Origin: Candidatus Multivoradales bacterium
GTDB taxonomy: Bacteria > Acidobacteriota > Thermoanaerobaculia > Multivoradales > J023
DNA: 64,000 bases
Assembly (NCBI GenBank): GCA_965248925.1
Contig: CBDFLE010000004.1
Location: forward strand, 1-64,000
Direction: 5' to 3'
A program made the position numbers and the translations under genes. Positions 38,390 to 48,925 of the stretch are shown in pieces. Under the pieces are notes generated by a model. It saw only the letters and a program-made list of their open reading frames with translations. It was not told the origin of the DNA and ran no database searches. Each line of letters starts with the position of its first letter. The stretch's first letter is position 1.

Positions 38390-39145
38390 ATGAAATTGGG
38401 ACTGGCGCGAGATTTCTTGTACGTCAACTGGGCGCTGCCGCTGGCCGCCGCGCCGGCGCTGCCGGCCAATCTGAGCTACGAGGTACACCGTGCCGCCGAC
38501 GGCCGGCAGATGATCTTTGTCTCGGCGTTGCTGTTTCGTTTCTCCGGGCCACAATTGCTGTCGACACCGGTGATGCGCCTGTCCTATCCGCAGATGCACC
38601 TGCGCACCTACGTGCTTGACGAGGGCCGGCGACAGGCGGTGCTGTTCCTGCACTGGCTGGTGCCGCCGTGGGTGCTGCCGGCCTCGCGCTTGCTCAGCCG
38701 CCGGCCGGCGAAGGCAGCTGAGTTTGACTATCCGTCGTCGATTCAGCAGCAGGATAAGCACGGCTGGAGCTGGAGGATCCGCCGTCTTGCCGGTCTCGAG
38801 ATTCGCGGACGCTTGTCGGTACCCAGTGCTCCGCGTCCGCCGCGGGTCGGTAGCTGGAGCGAAACCGTGACTTACTTCAGCCAGCGGTCTCGCGGCTACG
38901 TGCTGCACCAGGGTGGCCTGCGCAAGATTCGCGCCGCCCGCTCGCCGGTAGAAGTCTGGCCACTGGCGATCGAAGTTCGCGAGTTCGGTTTGTTGGCTGA
39001 TATCCTCCCTGGCCCGGCCCCCGAGCTGTGGTCCGAACCGCACTCCGCTTGGTTGTGTCCCGACATGCCCAGTGTCTTCGAACTCGACCTCTCCCTGCGC
39101 AGCGTGCTGCCACGATCGCCGACCCCGGTGGCCGAAAGCTGCTAG
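38390..39145 (+). CDS. DUF2071-like protein
   Basis: DFLYVNWALP, YPQMHLRTYV resemble DUF2071/YqjF. Confidence 0.65.
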   Translation: MKLGLARDFLYVNWALPLAAAPALPANLSYEVHRAADGRQMIFVSALLFRFSGPQLLSTPVMRLSYPQMHLRTYVLDEGRRQAVLFLHWLVPPWVLPASRLLSRRPAKAAEFDYPSSIQQQDKHGWSWRIRRLAGLEIRGRLSVPSAPRPPRVGSWSETVTYFSQRSRGYVLHQGGLRKIRAARSPVEVWPLAIEVREFGLLADILPGPAPELWSEPHSAWLCPDMPSVFELDLSLRSVLPRSPTPVAESC

Positions 39146-39408
39146 CCCAGCCGTTGCGTAGTGGTAAGAGCTGAACTGTTTCCCGGTTCCGAGATCGGGC
39201 CAGGGGGGTGTGGGTCGGGGCGGCTAGGATCGGCGGCTGGCAAGGGTAGAATAGGCCGGTAGCCGAGACGGTGGTGCGGGCTTCTCCGTACCATCGGGTG
39301 AGGATTCATCCGGTCGTCGGCGCTGGCGCCGGGACCGTAGCTTGCCGATGCACAGCCCACCACATCGACCCCATTCGGCAGCCAAGGCTGCCCGACAGCT
39401 AGGAGCCC

Positions 39409-40326
39409 ATGGCTTTGGCTACCGCTGAAACGCGCTCCAGCGCCGCCCCCTGGGCTCGGGTTCTGGGCGCCTACCTCGATGCTCTGACCGCCGAGCGTGG
39501 ATTGGCGGCGAATTCGGTGGCGGCCTATGGTCGCGATCTGCGTCGTTTGGCAGAGGATTTGAAGTCTGCTGACCAGCTGCTCAGCGCTGGTCCTGCCGAG
39601 TTGCAAGCCCACCTGCGCCGGCTGCGCCGCCGCGGCTTGGCGTCACGCTCGATCAGTCGTGCCCTGGCCTCGATCCGTGGCTTCTACGGCTGGCTGGTGG
39701 AGACCGGCGAGCGCGGTGACGATCCCGCCGTTCACCTGGTGTCGCCCAAGACCTGGCGCTCGCTGCCCAAGGTGCTGGGCGAAGGGCAGGTCGAGGCTTT
39801 GCTCGCCGCCCCGGACACCGAGACTCTGCTCGGCTTGCGTGACAAGGCGATGATCGAGCTGCTCTATGCCTCGGGCTTGCGGGTCAGCGAGCTGGTCGGT
39901 CTGACTCTGACCCAGCTGCGCCTCGACAGCGGCTTCCTGATCGCCTGGGGCAAGGGGCGCAAGGAACGGATCGTACCGGTCGGCGAGGGTGCCGAGCGCT
40001 GGTTGGGACGTTGGCTCGGGGAGGGACGGCCGGTCCTGGTGAAGGGGCGCCACGAGGTGGTATTCGTCAATCGCCGAGGGGTCGGCATGACCCGCCAAGG
40101 ATTCTGGAAGATCCTCCGCGGCCATGGCCAGCAGGCCGGCTTGGCCGAGGTCTCGCCGCACATGCTGCGCCACAGCTTCGCCAGCCACTTGCTGGAGCAC
40201 GGTGCCGACCTGCGGGCGGTGCAGATGATGCTCGGCCATGCCGACATCACGACCACCCAGATCTACACCCACATTCATCAGCGGCGCTTGAAACAGCTCT
40301 ATGAGGAGTTCCATCCCCGTGCCTGA
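39409..40326 (+). CDS. xerD: Tyrosine recombinase XerD
   Basis: RDKAMIELLYASGLRVSEL, GKGRKERIVP, MTRQGFWK, HMLRHSFASHLL, LGHADITTTQIYTH. Confidence 0.93.
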   Translation: MALATAETRSSAAPWARVLGAYLDALTAERGLAANSVAAYGRDLRRLAEDLKSADQLLSAGPAELQAHLRRLRRRGLASRSISRALASIRGFYGWLVETGERGDDPAVHLVSPKTWRSLPKVLGEGQVEALLAAPDTETLLGLRDKAMIELLYASGLRVSELVGLTLTQLRLDSGFLIAWGKGRKERIVPVGEGAERWLGRWLGEGRPVLVKGRHEVVFVNRRGVGMTRQGFWKILRGHGQQAGLAEVSPHMLRHSFASHLLEHGADLRAVQMMLGHADITTTQIYTHIHQRRLKQLYEEFHPRA

Positions 40327-41065
40327 GCCGCGTCCGAAGAGGCGCCATCGGCGACCTCGCCAGCGGTGCTGGCGGCCCTTGCTCGGCTTGACCCTGATGG
40401 TGGCCGGCTTGATCGCCGGCTCTGGACGCTCTTTCGCTGAGTTGGTGGTGTTCACCGACGGCCGCTTCACCAAGGTGGTGAGCTACGCCGTCGAGGGCGA
40501 TCGGCTGCGGCTGGGCATGCCCTTTGGGGGTGAGATGGTGGTGTCGATGTTGCGGGTGGATCGCATCCTCGAAGACGAGATCGTGGCCCAACCTGAGCCG
40601 CTGCCCGAGCCTGAGCCGCAGGTGTTCTCGCTGCGCTTCGCCGAACATCAACCGGTGCCGACCGGTCCCCATGCGGAGTTGATCTACGCCGCGGCTCGCC
40701 GCCACCAGCTCAATCCGGCGTTGGTGGTGGCGGTGATCCGCGCCGAGTCTGCCAATGATTCGACAGCGGTCTCGCCCAAGGGCGCGCAGGGCTTGATGCA
40801 GCTGATGCCCGCCACCGCCCTGCGTTTCGGGCTGGCTGGCGACGCGGTCTTCGAGCCGCAGGGCAATATCGACGCCGGCACCCGCTATCTGCGCTGGCTG
40901 ACCGATCATTTCGAGGGCCGGCTGCCCTGGGTGTTGGCCGGCTACAATGCTGGCGAGGGGACCGTGGCACGCTATGGCGGCGTGCCTCCCTATCGCGAAA
41001 CCCGCGAGTACATCCGCCGCATCTACCGTTTCCTCGGCCTCGATCTCGACGCAGAGGCGTTGTAG
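40319..41065 (+). CDS. Lytic transglycosylase (SLT domain)
   Basis: VIRAES, SPKGAQGLMQLMP, AGYNAGEG, PPYRETREY. Start uncertain. Confidence 0.9.
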   Translation: MPEPRPKRRHRRPRQRCWRPLLGLTLMVAGLIAGSGRSFAELVVFTDGRFTKVVSYAVEGDRLRLGMPFGGEMVVSMLRVDRILEDEIVAQPEPLPEPEPQVFSLRFAEHQPVPTGPHAELIYAAARRHQLNPALVVAVIRAESANDSTAVSPKGAQGLMQLMPATALRFGLAGDAVFEPQGNIDAGTRYLRWLTDHFEGRLPWVLAGYNAGEGTVARYGGVPPYRETREYIRRIYRFLGLDLDAEAL

Positions 41066-41198
41066 GCCAGCAGCTCTGCGGCACGCCGTCCTTGCCCTGC
41101 TAGCATCATCCTTCGAGCTTGAGAGGTCTGATCGCCGCTACCACCAAATACCTGGTGGGTCGAAGTGGCGTCGACGGCTCGGTGCAGGAGGTTCGTTG

Positions 41199-41678
41199 AT
41201 GAAGTACCGCACGATCACCTTGCTAGCAGTGTTCTTTCTGCTGCTGCTGTTCGCGGCGTTGAACTGGGAAGCGTTCTCGTCGACCACCACCTTGAATTTG
41301 CTGGTCGGCAAGATCGAGGCGCCACTGGGCGGGGTCATGCTGGCCACCGTGGCCATTCTGACCTTGGTCTACTTGCTGCTGTTGGCACGTCAGGAAGCCG
41401 CCTCGCTGATCGCCAGCCGTAGTCGGCAGAAAGAGCTCGATAAAGCTCGCAAGCTGGCCGACAGCAAAGAGGCATCGCGGATCCACGAGCTCGAAGAGTT
41501 GGTCAAGAGCGAGTTGGGTGAGCTGCGGCAGAGGCTCGATCTGGTGGTCGAATTCGTCCAGGAGACCGATGTGCTGGTAGGCCGACCGGCGTTAGCTGTC
41601 GGTCCGGTGCCGGCCGCTGAGGCGGCCGGCACCGGCGATTCGATCGAGCCCTCGACGGCAGACGAACCAGTTCCTTAG
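41199..41678 (+). CDS. LapA/DUF1049-like membrane protein
   Basis: AGGAGG RBS, two TM helices around FAALNW..LNLL..APLG, coiled-coil tail. Confidence 0.7.
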   Translation: MKYRTITLLAVFFLLLLFAALNWEAFSSTTTLNLLVGKIEAPLGGVMLATVAILTLVYLLLLARQEAASLIASRSRQKELDKARKLADSKEASRIHELEELVKSELGELRQRLDLVVEFVQETDVLVGRPALAVGPVPAAEAAGTGDSIEPSTADEPVP

Positions 41679-41727
41679 ACTTGCTCCGAAGCCGGTGGTG
41701 GGACGCTGTTCACCGACTTCTGAGAGT

Positions 41728-42492
41728 TCAGCGCTCGACCCGTTCGAAGCCGCTGGTGCGCTCGCTGCCGTCGGGCATGTGGCGGCTGCGCTGGATGCCA
41801 TAGGGCGGCACATCGGCGATCCAGTGGCGCTCGCGGTAGTCGATGCCGCGGTAGGCGGCCTCGACCACCCAGGTGTCGTACTTGCGTCCATCGCCGCCTT
41901 TGATCGTCTCGCGGCCGGTGACCTTCAGATCGACCCAGCTGGTGGAGAAGGTCTGTTTGGAAAGGCTGGCGGTGAGGATTGGAATGGCGGCGCCCCAGCC
42001 CTTTTCCAGCGGCAGGGAGGCGAGCATCAGATCGAATAGATCTTCCTGAAAGACCGGCGCTTCTAGCTCCTCGTCGAGTAGCCGGGGTGGACGCCCGTCG
42101 AGGGGGATCAGCGAACCGCTCAATTGGCGCCCGCCGACGTGCATTGCCAGGTAGTCCTTGCCCAGGGCGAAGTAGGGGGAGAAGCGAAAGTTGACCGCCA
42201 GCGTCTTGGCGTCGACCACCATGTGGTCGACCATTGGGCCAGCCGGAGTGTTGACCGTCTGGACGACGTGCAGCAGCGCCTGCCCCTCGACTTTGCCGAA
42301 TGAGACATCGCGGCGGCCCCACGAGGTGTGGCTGGTGAAGGCCTTGAGTGGGCTGGTGTTGAGCAGCTTGTCACCCGGCAAGAGCTGCCGAGTTGTTGCT
42401 TCGGCGTGCGCCGTCGAGCTGAGACTCGCGGCCAGGCAGAAGGTAAGGAAGATCAGGCTCAGAGGACGGTAGGGCAGAGTTGGTCTGTTCAA
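41728..42492 (-). CDS. Hypothetical secreted protein (DUF3108-like beta fold)
   Basis: TTG after GGAG, signal peptide ending AHA, LASLPL..G, VTGRETI..G..DTWVVE. Confidence 0.6.
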   Translation of the reverse strand: MNRPTLPYRPLSLIFLTFCLAASLSSTAHAEATTRQLLPGDKLLNTSPLKAFTSHTSWGRRDVSFGKVEGQALLHVVQTVNTPAGPMVDHMVVDAKTLAVNFRFSPYFALGKDYLAMHVGGRQLSGSLIPLDGRPPRLLDEELEAPVFQEDLFDLMLASLPLEKGWGAAIPILTASLSKQTFSTSWVDLKVTGRETIKGGDGRKYDTWVVEAAYRGIDYRERHWIADVPPYGIQRSRHMPDGSERTSGFERVER

Positions 42493-42821
42493 CTTGGATC
42501 TCCAGTAGGTCGAGCGCCCCATCGCCGACTGATGGCCAGGCGCGGTGCAAGGTTCAGCGACAGATTGGCGGTGATCTAGCGCCACGCCAACAGCTGAGTC
42601 ACCAGCCGGCTCGGTCGTGTCATCAGCCTTGGGGTGGATGCAACAGAGCGCGGCAGTGCCCGGCGAAGCGGCAATCCGGCTGCCGGCCGAAGGCGACGGC
42701 CGGCTGATGGTCGCGTTGGGCCGGGCGACGCCTCGGCCGGGCCGGCCGGTGACCCCGGACGGCTCCCCTGCGCTGTCTTCGTTAGGATGTCGGAGCCTGA
42801 TCTGGAGCCAGCAGGATAGAG

Positions 42822-44060
42822 ATGAGCGAGCGAACAGAAGCCTTGGCACGACCCCTGGCGGCGTCGCGCCTGCGACCGCGGATCCCCGATGGGACGACCG
42901 CCGGCCGCGGAGTGCTGCGTTGGCTGGGGTTGTTCGCGCTGTGGTCCTTGCCGGCGGTATTCTCGGGCAGCGATGCCTATCTGTGGCTCAGTGGCCAGGG
43001 TCGGCAGGTCTCTTGGAGCAAGTTGGTCGGCCTCCACCTACCGCAGTGGATCCCTTGGGCGTTGGCAACGCCGCTGATCCACCGCCTGGCCTGCCGGTTT
43101 CCCTACCACCGCCAGCGTCGGCTGCGCTTTGCTGCCGTGCATACGCTGGCCGCCGGCAGCTTGTCGGGGGTGATGCTGATCTACGCCGCCGCGGTCGAGG
43201 CCTGGTTGCAGTCCGGCTGGAGCGGCCTGTCATGGGGCGCGCTGAGGCTTTGGTTGGGGCGCTTGCTGCCCGGTCGGCTGGGCCTCTACTTGCTGCTCTA
43301 CGGCGCGATTCTCGGCGTCGCTATCGCCATCGAGTCCTATCGCGCCTTGCGCGAGCGTGAGCTGCGTGCTTCGCGCCTCGAGACCCTGCTGGCAGAAGCC
43401 CGGCTCGAGGCCTTGCGGTCGCAGCTGCAGCCGCACTTTCTATTCAATACTCTGCACAGTATCGCGACCTTGGTGGAGGACAACCCGGCGGCGGCGAGAA
43501 CCATGATCGCCCAGCTCGGTGATCTTCTGCGCGCCAGCCTCGGTCAGCTCGCTCACCAAGAGGTGACCCTGGGCGAAGAGTTCGAGATGCTCGACTGCTA
43601 CCTCGATATCGAGCAGACCCGCTTTGGAGATCGACTGCGGATCGAGCGCCAAATCAATGCTGACCTGCTCGCCGCTCAGGTGCCCTACCTGGTGTTGCAG
43701 CCGCTGGTCGAGAACGCTATCCGCCACGGTATCGCGGTGTCTTCACTGGCCGGGCGGTTGGCGATTGGCGCCGCGGCGGCCGGCGAGCGGCTGCTGCTGA
43801 CGGTGAGCGATGACGGTCCAGGTTGCCCCCAGGGAGGGGCGGTGGAGGAGGGCATTGGCCTGAGCAACACCCGAGAGCGGCTGCAGCAGCTCTATCCTGG
43901 GAACTACCGTGTCGAGGCCGCCAACTTGCCCCGCTGCGGTTTCCAAGTGGTGCTCGATCTGCCGCTGCGGTTTGCGGTCGGCGAGGTCCCCGAGGTCGCC
44001 ACGGTGAGCTCAGCGTTGGATCGACCGTCGACAGGCAGCTCGCCGAGGTCGGGGGAGTGA
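42822..44060 (+). CDS. LytS/YehU-family sensor histidine kinase
   Basis: LRSQLQPHFLFNTLHSI, LQPLVENAIRHG, GIGLSNTRERL. Confidence 0.95.
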   Translation: MSERTEALARPLAASRLRPRIPDGTTAGRGVLRWLGLFALWSLPAVFSGSDAYLWLSGQGRQVSWSKLVGLHLPQWIPWALATPLIHRLACRFPYHRQRRLRFAAVHTLAAGSLSGVMLIYAAAVEAWLQSGWSGLSWGALRLWLGRLLPGRLGLYLLLYGAILGVAIAIESYRALRERELRASRLETLLAEARLEALRSQLQPHFLFNTLHSIATLVEDNPAAARTMIAQLGDLLRASLGQLAHQEVTLGEEFEMLDCYLDIEQTRFGDRLRIERQINADLLAAQVPYLVLQPLVENAIRHGIAVSSLAGRLAIGAAAAGERLLLTVSDDGPGCPQGGAVEEGIGLSNTRERLQQLYPGNYRVEAANLPRCGFQVVLDLPLRFAVGEVPEVATVSSALDRPSTGSSPRSGE

Positions 44061-44064
44061 GGCA

Positions 44065-44865
44065 TTGAGGCCGATCCGAGTCTTGATCGTCGATGACGAG
44101 CCGCTCGCCAGGCAGCGCCTGCGGCGCTTGTTGGAACAGCAGCCCGATTGCCACCTCGCTGGTGAGTGCGCCACCGGCAGTGAAGCGGTTGGCCAGATCT
44201 TCCGGCAGGCTCCGGAGCTGGTCTTCCTCGACGTGCAAATGCCCGATCTCGATGGCTTTGCGGTGATCCGGGCGATCGGATCGGAAGCCATGCCGGAGGT
44301 GGTCTTCGTCACCGCTTTTGATCGCTATGCCCTCGACGCCTTCGAGGTCTGTGCGGTGGACTATCTGCTCAAGCCCTTCTCCGACGAGCGCTTCGAGCGC
44401 GCCCTCGGTCTGGCTCGTGAGCGCTTGCGGCGCAGCTCCATCGACCAGCTGGGTGGGCGGCTGCTGGCTCTGCTCGAGCATCAGTCGGGTGAGTCGCTAG
44501 CTGCCCAGGCCGCGCCGCCAGTCGGCCGGCCAGCTCGCCGCCTGGCGGTGCAGACCGGTAAGAAGGTACGTTTGGTGGAGGTCGAGGAGATCGACTGGAT
44601 CGAGGCGGACGGTCCCTACGTCAAGCTCCACGTCGGCCTTACCTCACATCTGACTCGCGGATCACTGAAGAGCCTCGAGCAGCGCCTCGATCCTCAGAGC
44701 TTCGTCCGTATCCACCGCTCATCGATGGTCAACGTGAGTCGAATTCGTGAGCTGCAGCCGTTGTTTCACGGCGAGCTTCTGCTGATCTTGGCCGGTGGCA
44801 AGCGCCTCAAGGTGAGTCGAACTTACCGCGAGCGGTTGCGCGGGGTGATTCCTCTGCCGATTTGA
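44065..44865 (+). CDS. LytTR-family response regulator
   Basis: VDDEPLAR, FLDVQMP, DYLLKP, FVRIHRS, VSRTY. Confidence 0.95.
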   Translation: MRPIRVLIVDDEPLARQRLRRLLEQQPDCHLAGECATGSEAVGQIFRQAPELVFLDVQMPDLDGFAVIRAIGSEAMPEVVFVTAFDRYALDAFEVCAVDYLLKPFSDERFERALGLARERLRRSSIDQLGGRLLALLEHQSGESLAAQAAPPVGRPARRLAVQTGKKVRLVEVEEIDWIEADGPYVKLHVGLTSHLTRGSLKSLEQRLDPQSFVRIHRSSMVNVSRIRELQPLFHGELLLILAGGKRLKVSRTYRERLRGVIPLPI

Positions 44866-45091
44866 TCTTCGCTGCGCCGTATCGCGGCTTGCTCAGGCGC
44901 TAGCCAGCGGCGTTACCGCCTGGGCGAGAAGCCGATTTGCCAGTTAGCTCGGGGGATGCGCTCGATGACAGCCGGCAGCCGGTCTGGTAGCATAACCAGG
45001 TCAGTAGGTGACGATCGGCGGCCAAGATTCAGGGCACGAATCTCGCGCCCTGAGCTAGAAAAGCAGATTTCTATTAGAAGGTTCCAGATCG

Positions 45092-46972
45092 ATGACCAGC
45101 CGTGCATCTATCGACCGTCCAGTCGCTACCGGTAGCGCCCCCAGCACCCAGCCGGAGAAGCGCGCCGATGTGGTGATCCGCTTTGCCGGCGACAGCGGTG
45201 ACGGGATGCAGCTCACTGGCACCCAGTTCACCAACACTTCGGCGATCTTCGGCAACGATCTGTCGACACTGCCTGATTTTCCGGCGGAAATTCGCGCTCC
45301 TGTCGGCACCCTGGCTGGGGTTTCAGCGTTTCAGGTGCGCATAGCCGACTACGAGATCCACACTCCGGGCGACACCCCCGACGTGTTGGTGGCGATGAAC
45401 CCGGCGGCGCTGAAGGCACATATCGCCGATTTGGTGCCGCATGGCGCGGTCATCGTCAACAGCAACGAGTTCAACTCGCGCAACATGAAGAAAGCCCATC
45501 TCGAGACTAACCCGCTCGACGACGGCAGTTTGGATGGCTTCCGGGTGATCAAGGTCGAACTCACCAAGCTCACGCGCCGCGCTCTTGAGGATTCGGGGCT
45601 GACCACCAAGAACGTCGATCGGTGCAAGAATTTCTTTGCCCTCGGCATGGTCTACTGGTTGTTCAGTCGCGAGATGGACAACACCATCGAGTGGTTGCAC
45701 AAGAAATTCGCCAAGAAGCCGGAGATCGCCGACGCCAACGTGCGGGCGCTTAAAGCGGGGTGGAACTACAGCGACATTACCGGGGTTTTTCAAACCCGTT
45801 ACATCGTCGATCCGGCAAAGCTAGAGAGCGGGGTTTACCGCAACATCAACGGCAACTCGGCGTTGGCCATTGGCTTGGTCGCCGCCAGCCGCCGCAGTGG
45901 CTTGCCCCTATTCCTCGGCTCCTATCCGATCACCCCGGCCTCGACCGTGCTGCACGAGCTGGCCCGCTACAAGCATTTTGGGGTGACCACCTTCCAGGCT
46001 GAGGACGAGATCTCCGCGGTGTGCGCGTCGATCGGTGCGGCGTTTGGCGGCGCGCTGGCGGTGACTTCGACCAGCGGGCCGGGCCTGGCGTTGAAGTCCG
46101 AAGGGATGAATCTGGCGGTGATGACCGAATTGCCGCTGATCGTTTGCAATGTGCAACGCGCCGGGCCCTCGACCGGCATGCCGACCAAGACCGAGCAGAC
46201 CGACTTGCTGCAATCGATCTATGGCCGCAACGGTGAGTCGCCGGTGCCGGTCATCGCTCCGTCCTCACCGGCCGACTGCTTTGACGCCGCCCTTGAGGCG
46301 GCGCGCATGGCGGTGCAGCACATGGTGCCGGTGATCCTGCTGTCGGACGGCTACCTGGCCAACGGCTCGGAGCCTTGGCGGCTGCCGGCGGTCGAGGATC
46401 TGCCCGATCTGCGGGTAGAGCACCATCGCGACCCGCAGGAGTTCGAGCCCTACCGGCGCGACCCCCGGACACTGGCCCGCCCGTGGGCGATCCCCGGCAC
46501 GCCGGGGTTGGAGCACCGCATCGGAGGATTGGAAAAACAGGAGGTCACCGGCGATGTCTCCTACGATCCTGAGAACCACCAACGGATGACCGAGCTGCGG
46601 GCCGAGAAGGTCGAACGCATCGCTGAGGACATCGGTCCTCTCGAGGTCAACGGTCCGGCCAGCGGCAAGCTGCTGGTGCTGGGTTGGGGGAGTACGCTGG
46701 GAGCGATCACCGGTGCGGTCTTGCAAGCCCGCGGGGAGGGTTTGGCGGTCAGCCGGGCTCATTTGCGGCACCTGGTACCGTTGCCGAAGAATCTCGGCGA
46801 GGTGCTGGCAAGCTTCGAGCGAGTGCTTTTGCCGGAACTCAACAGTGGCCAGATGGCCTTGCTGCTACGCGGTCGCTACTTGAAGGACATCATCACCCTG
46901 TCGAAAGTGCAGGGTAAACCCTTTACCCGTGGTGAGATCCACGGCAAGCTCGTCGAGCTGCTGGAGGCTTGA
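45092..46972 (+). CDS. korA: 2-oxoacid:ferredoxin oxidoreductase alpha subunit
   Basis: [43 protein letters not shown]. Confidence 0.93.
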   Translation: MTSRASIDRPVATGSAPSTQPEKRADVVIRFAGDSGDGMQLTGTQFTNTSAIFGNDLSTLPDFPAEIRAPVGTLAGVSAFQVRIADYEIHTPGDTPDVLVAMNPAALKAHIADLVPHGAVIVNSNEFNSRNMKKAHLETNPLDDGSLDGFRVIKVELTKLTRRALEDSGLTTKNVDRCKNFFALGMVYWLFSREMDNTIEWLHKKFAKKPEIADANVRALKAGWNYSDITGVFQTRYIVDPAKLESGVYRNINGNSALAIGLVAASRRSGLPLFLGSYPITPASTVLHELARYKHFGVTTFQAEDEISAVCASIGAAFGGALAVTSTSGPGLALKSEGMNLAVMTELPLIVCNVQRAGPSTGMPTKTEQTDLLQSIYGRNGESPVPVIAPSSPADCFDAALEAARMAVQHMVPVILLSDGYLANGSEPWRLPAVEDLPDLRVEHHRDPQEFEPYRRDPRTLARPWAIPGTPGLEHRIGGLEKQEVTGDVSYDPENHQRMTELRAEKVERIAEDIGPLEVNGPASGKLLVLGWGSTLGAITGAVLQARGEGLAVSRAHLRHLVPLPKNLGEVLASFERVLLPELNSGQMALLLRGRYLKDIITLSKVQGKPFTRGEIHGKLVELLEA

Positions 46973-46975
46973 GCG

Positions 46976-47989
46976 ATGGCTAGCACAGAGATGGCGCTGA
47001 CCGCCAAAGATCTAAAGTCAGATCAAGAAGTGCGTTGGTGTCCGGGCTGCGGTGACTACGCCATCCTGAAGGCGATGCAGAGTGTGCTCGCCGGCCTCGG
47101 CGTGCCGCGGGAGAAGCTGGTGATCATTTCCGGCATTGGCTGTTCGAGCCGCTTCCCCTACTACATGGAGACTTACGGCTTCCACACCATCCACGGCCGC
47201 GCGCCTGCCTTTGCCACCGGCTTGAAGGTGGCGCGCCCAGACCTCGACGTGTGGGTGGTTACCGGCGATGGCGACAGCCTGTCGATCGGCGGCAACCACC
47301 TGATTCATGCTTTGCGGCGCAACGTAGGCATCAAAATTCTGCTGTTCAATAACCGCATCTACGGCCTGACCAAAGGGCAGTATTCGCCGACCAGCGAGGT
47401 CGGTAAACGCACCTCGTCGACACCGTTAGGCTCGATCGACCCGCCGTTCAATCCGCTCGCCCTGGCGCTCGGCGCCGGTGCCAGCTTCGTTGCTCGCTCG
47501 GTGGATATCTTCGTGCCCCATCTGAAGTTGGTGCTCGAGCGAGCCGCTGCCCATCAAGGGACAGCCTTTGTCGAGATCTACCAGAATTGCAACATCTTCA
47601 ATGATGGCGCGTTCTCCTACATGACGGCCAAGGAGGCCCGTGCCGACGAGGTAGTGCAGGTCGAACATGGCAAGCCGCTGATCTTTGGTAAAGATGGCGA
47701 CCAGGGACTGAAGCTCTCCGGCATGGGTCTGGAGAAGGTACAGCTGGGCGATGGCATCAGTGCTGAGGACTGCCAGGTCTGGGACGAAACCCAGCCCAAC
47801 CCGGCGCTGGCCACTATCTTGGCGCAAGCGCAGCCGCCGCTGCTGCCGACGCCGATCGGTGTTCTGCGGGCGGTCGAGCAGCCGGTGTTCGAGACTGGTG
47901 TCATCGACCAGATCGAGCAAGCCAAGGCTCAGTCTGATGCCACCACCTTGAAGGACTTACTGCATGGCGGCGATACCTGGACCGTTTGA
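46976..47989 (+). CDS. korB: 2-oxoacid:ferredoxin oxidoreductase beta subunit
   Basis: WCPGCGD, SGIGCSSR, HGRA, GDGD, YGLTKGQYSPT. Confidence 0.94.
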   Translation: MASTEMALTAKDLKSDQEVRWCPGCGDYAILKAMQSVLAGLGVPREKLVIISGIGCSSRFPYYMETYGFHTIHGRAPAFATGLKVARPDLDVWVVTGDGDSLSIGGNHLIHALRRNVGIKILLFNNRIYGLTKGQYSPTSEVGKRTSSTPLGSIDPPFNPLALALGAGASFVARSVDIFVPHLKLVLERAAAHQGTAFVEIYQNCNIFNDGAFSYMTAKEARADEVVQVEHGKPLIFGKDGDQGLKLSGMGLEKVQLGDGISAEDCQVWDETQPNPALATILAQAQPPLLPTPIGVLRAVEQPVFETGVIDQIEQAKAQSDATTLKDLLHGGDTWTV

Positions 47990-48122
47990 CCGCGTTCTGG
48001 CACCATCGACCGGCGGTTCGTGGAGGAGTTGGTAGTGGTCAACTGTCAAATGCGGTCGAGTACGATTGCCCCTTTTATGTTGGTTGAGGGACGATTATGG
48101 GAAGGATTTGGCGAGGTTTACC

Positions 48123-48875
48123 ATGACCGACGAAGAACAGACTGCTGATTCGCCAGCACTCCAAGGCTCGCAGCCCAACGAAGAGACTTCGGTGTGGCGC
48201 CGGCGTCGTCGGACGCTGTGGCGGGAGTGGTTCAAGCCGCTGCTGATCATCGGTACGGTGATGTTCTCCTTTCGCTCCTCCGTAGCTGACTGGAACGACG
48301 TGCCGACCGGCTCGATGAAACCGACCATCTTGGAAGGCGACCGGATCTTCATCAACAAGGTGGCCTACGATCTCAAATTCCCCTTCACCACCTTCCGCCT
48401 AGCCGAGTGGGACAACCCGGTGTGGGGCGACATTGTCGTGCTGCGTTCGCCGGAGGACAGCAAGCGTCTGGTCAAACGGGTCGTGGGGCTGCCAGGCGAC
48501 ACGGTTGAGTTGCGCTATGGCCACTTGCGGGTCAACGGTCAGCCGGCTTTTTACGGCGATCTCGACGCCGAAATCGTCGATCAGCTCGACTTGGACTTCC
48601 CTGAGAGGTTTAGGTTTCAAAGCGAGACCTTGAACGATCGCGAGCATGCGGTGATGTATTCCAGCGGCGCGCGGCTTTCTTTTGGCCCCAAGCTAATTGG
48701 CGCTGATCACTACTTTGTGATGGGTGACCACCGTAACAACAGCCACGACTCGCGCTATTTTGGTGCTGTTCACCGCGATCTAATCCTCGGCCGCGCCACC
48801 GCCGTGGCTCTGTCGTTTGACCGCGACGCCTACTTCTTGCCGCGCTGGAAGCGCTTCTTCACCAACTTGCCTTGA
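48123..48875 (+). CDS. lepB: Signal peptidase I
   Basis: VPTGSMKPT, GDRI, LVKRVVGLPGD, MGDHRNNSHDSRYFG. Confidence 0.93.
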   Translation: MTDEEQTADSPALQGSQPNEETSVWRRRRRTLWREWFKPLLIIGTVMFSFRSSVADWNDVPTGSMKPTILEGDRIFINKVAYDLKFPFTTFRLAEWDNPVWGDIVVLRSPEDSKRLVKRVVGLPGDTVELRYGHLRVNGQPAFYGDLDAEIVDQLDLDFPERFRFQSETLNDREHAVMYSSGARLSFGPKLIGADHYFVMGDHRNNSHDSRYFGAVHRDLILGRATAVALSFDRDAYFLPRWKRFFTNLP

Positions 48876-48925
48876 GGCGGCGCGGTGGCTGGTCCGCGGC
48901 GTTGTCGGCAGCTGTCGAGCCCTGG

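Noticed and set aside
39409-40326. Prophage or integron integrase
   Set aside because: XerD-specific motifs, housekeeping neighbours, no att sites or cassettes seen.
44885-44935. Long imperfect hairpin between lytTR and korA as a novel RNA
   Set aside because: A single GC-rich hairpin after a stop codon, most simply a terminator or stability element.
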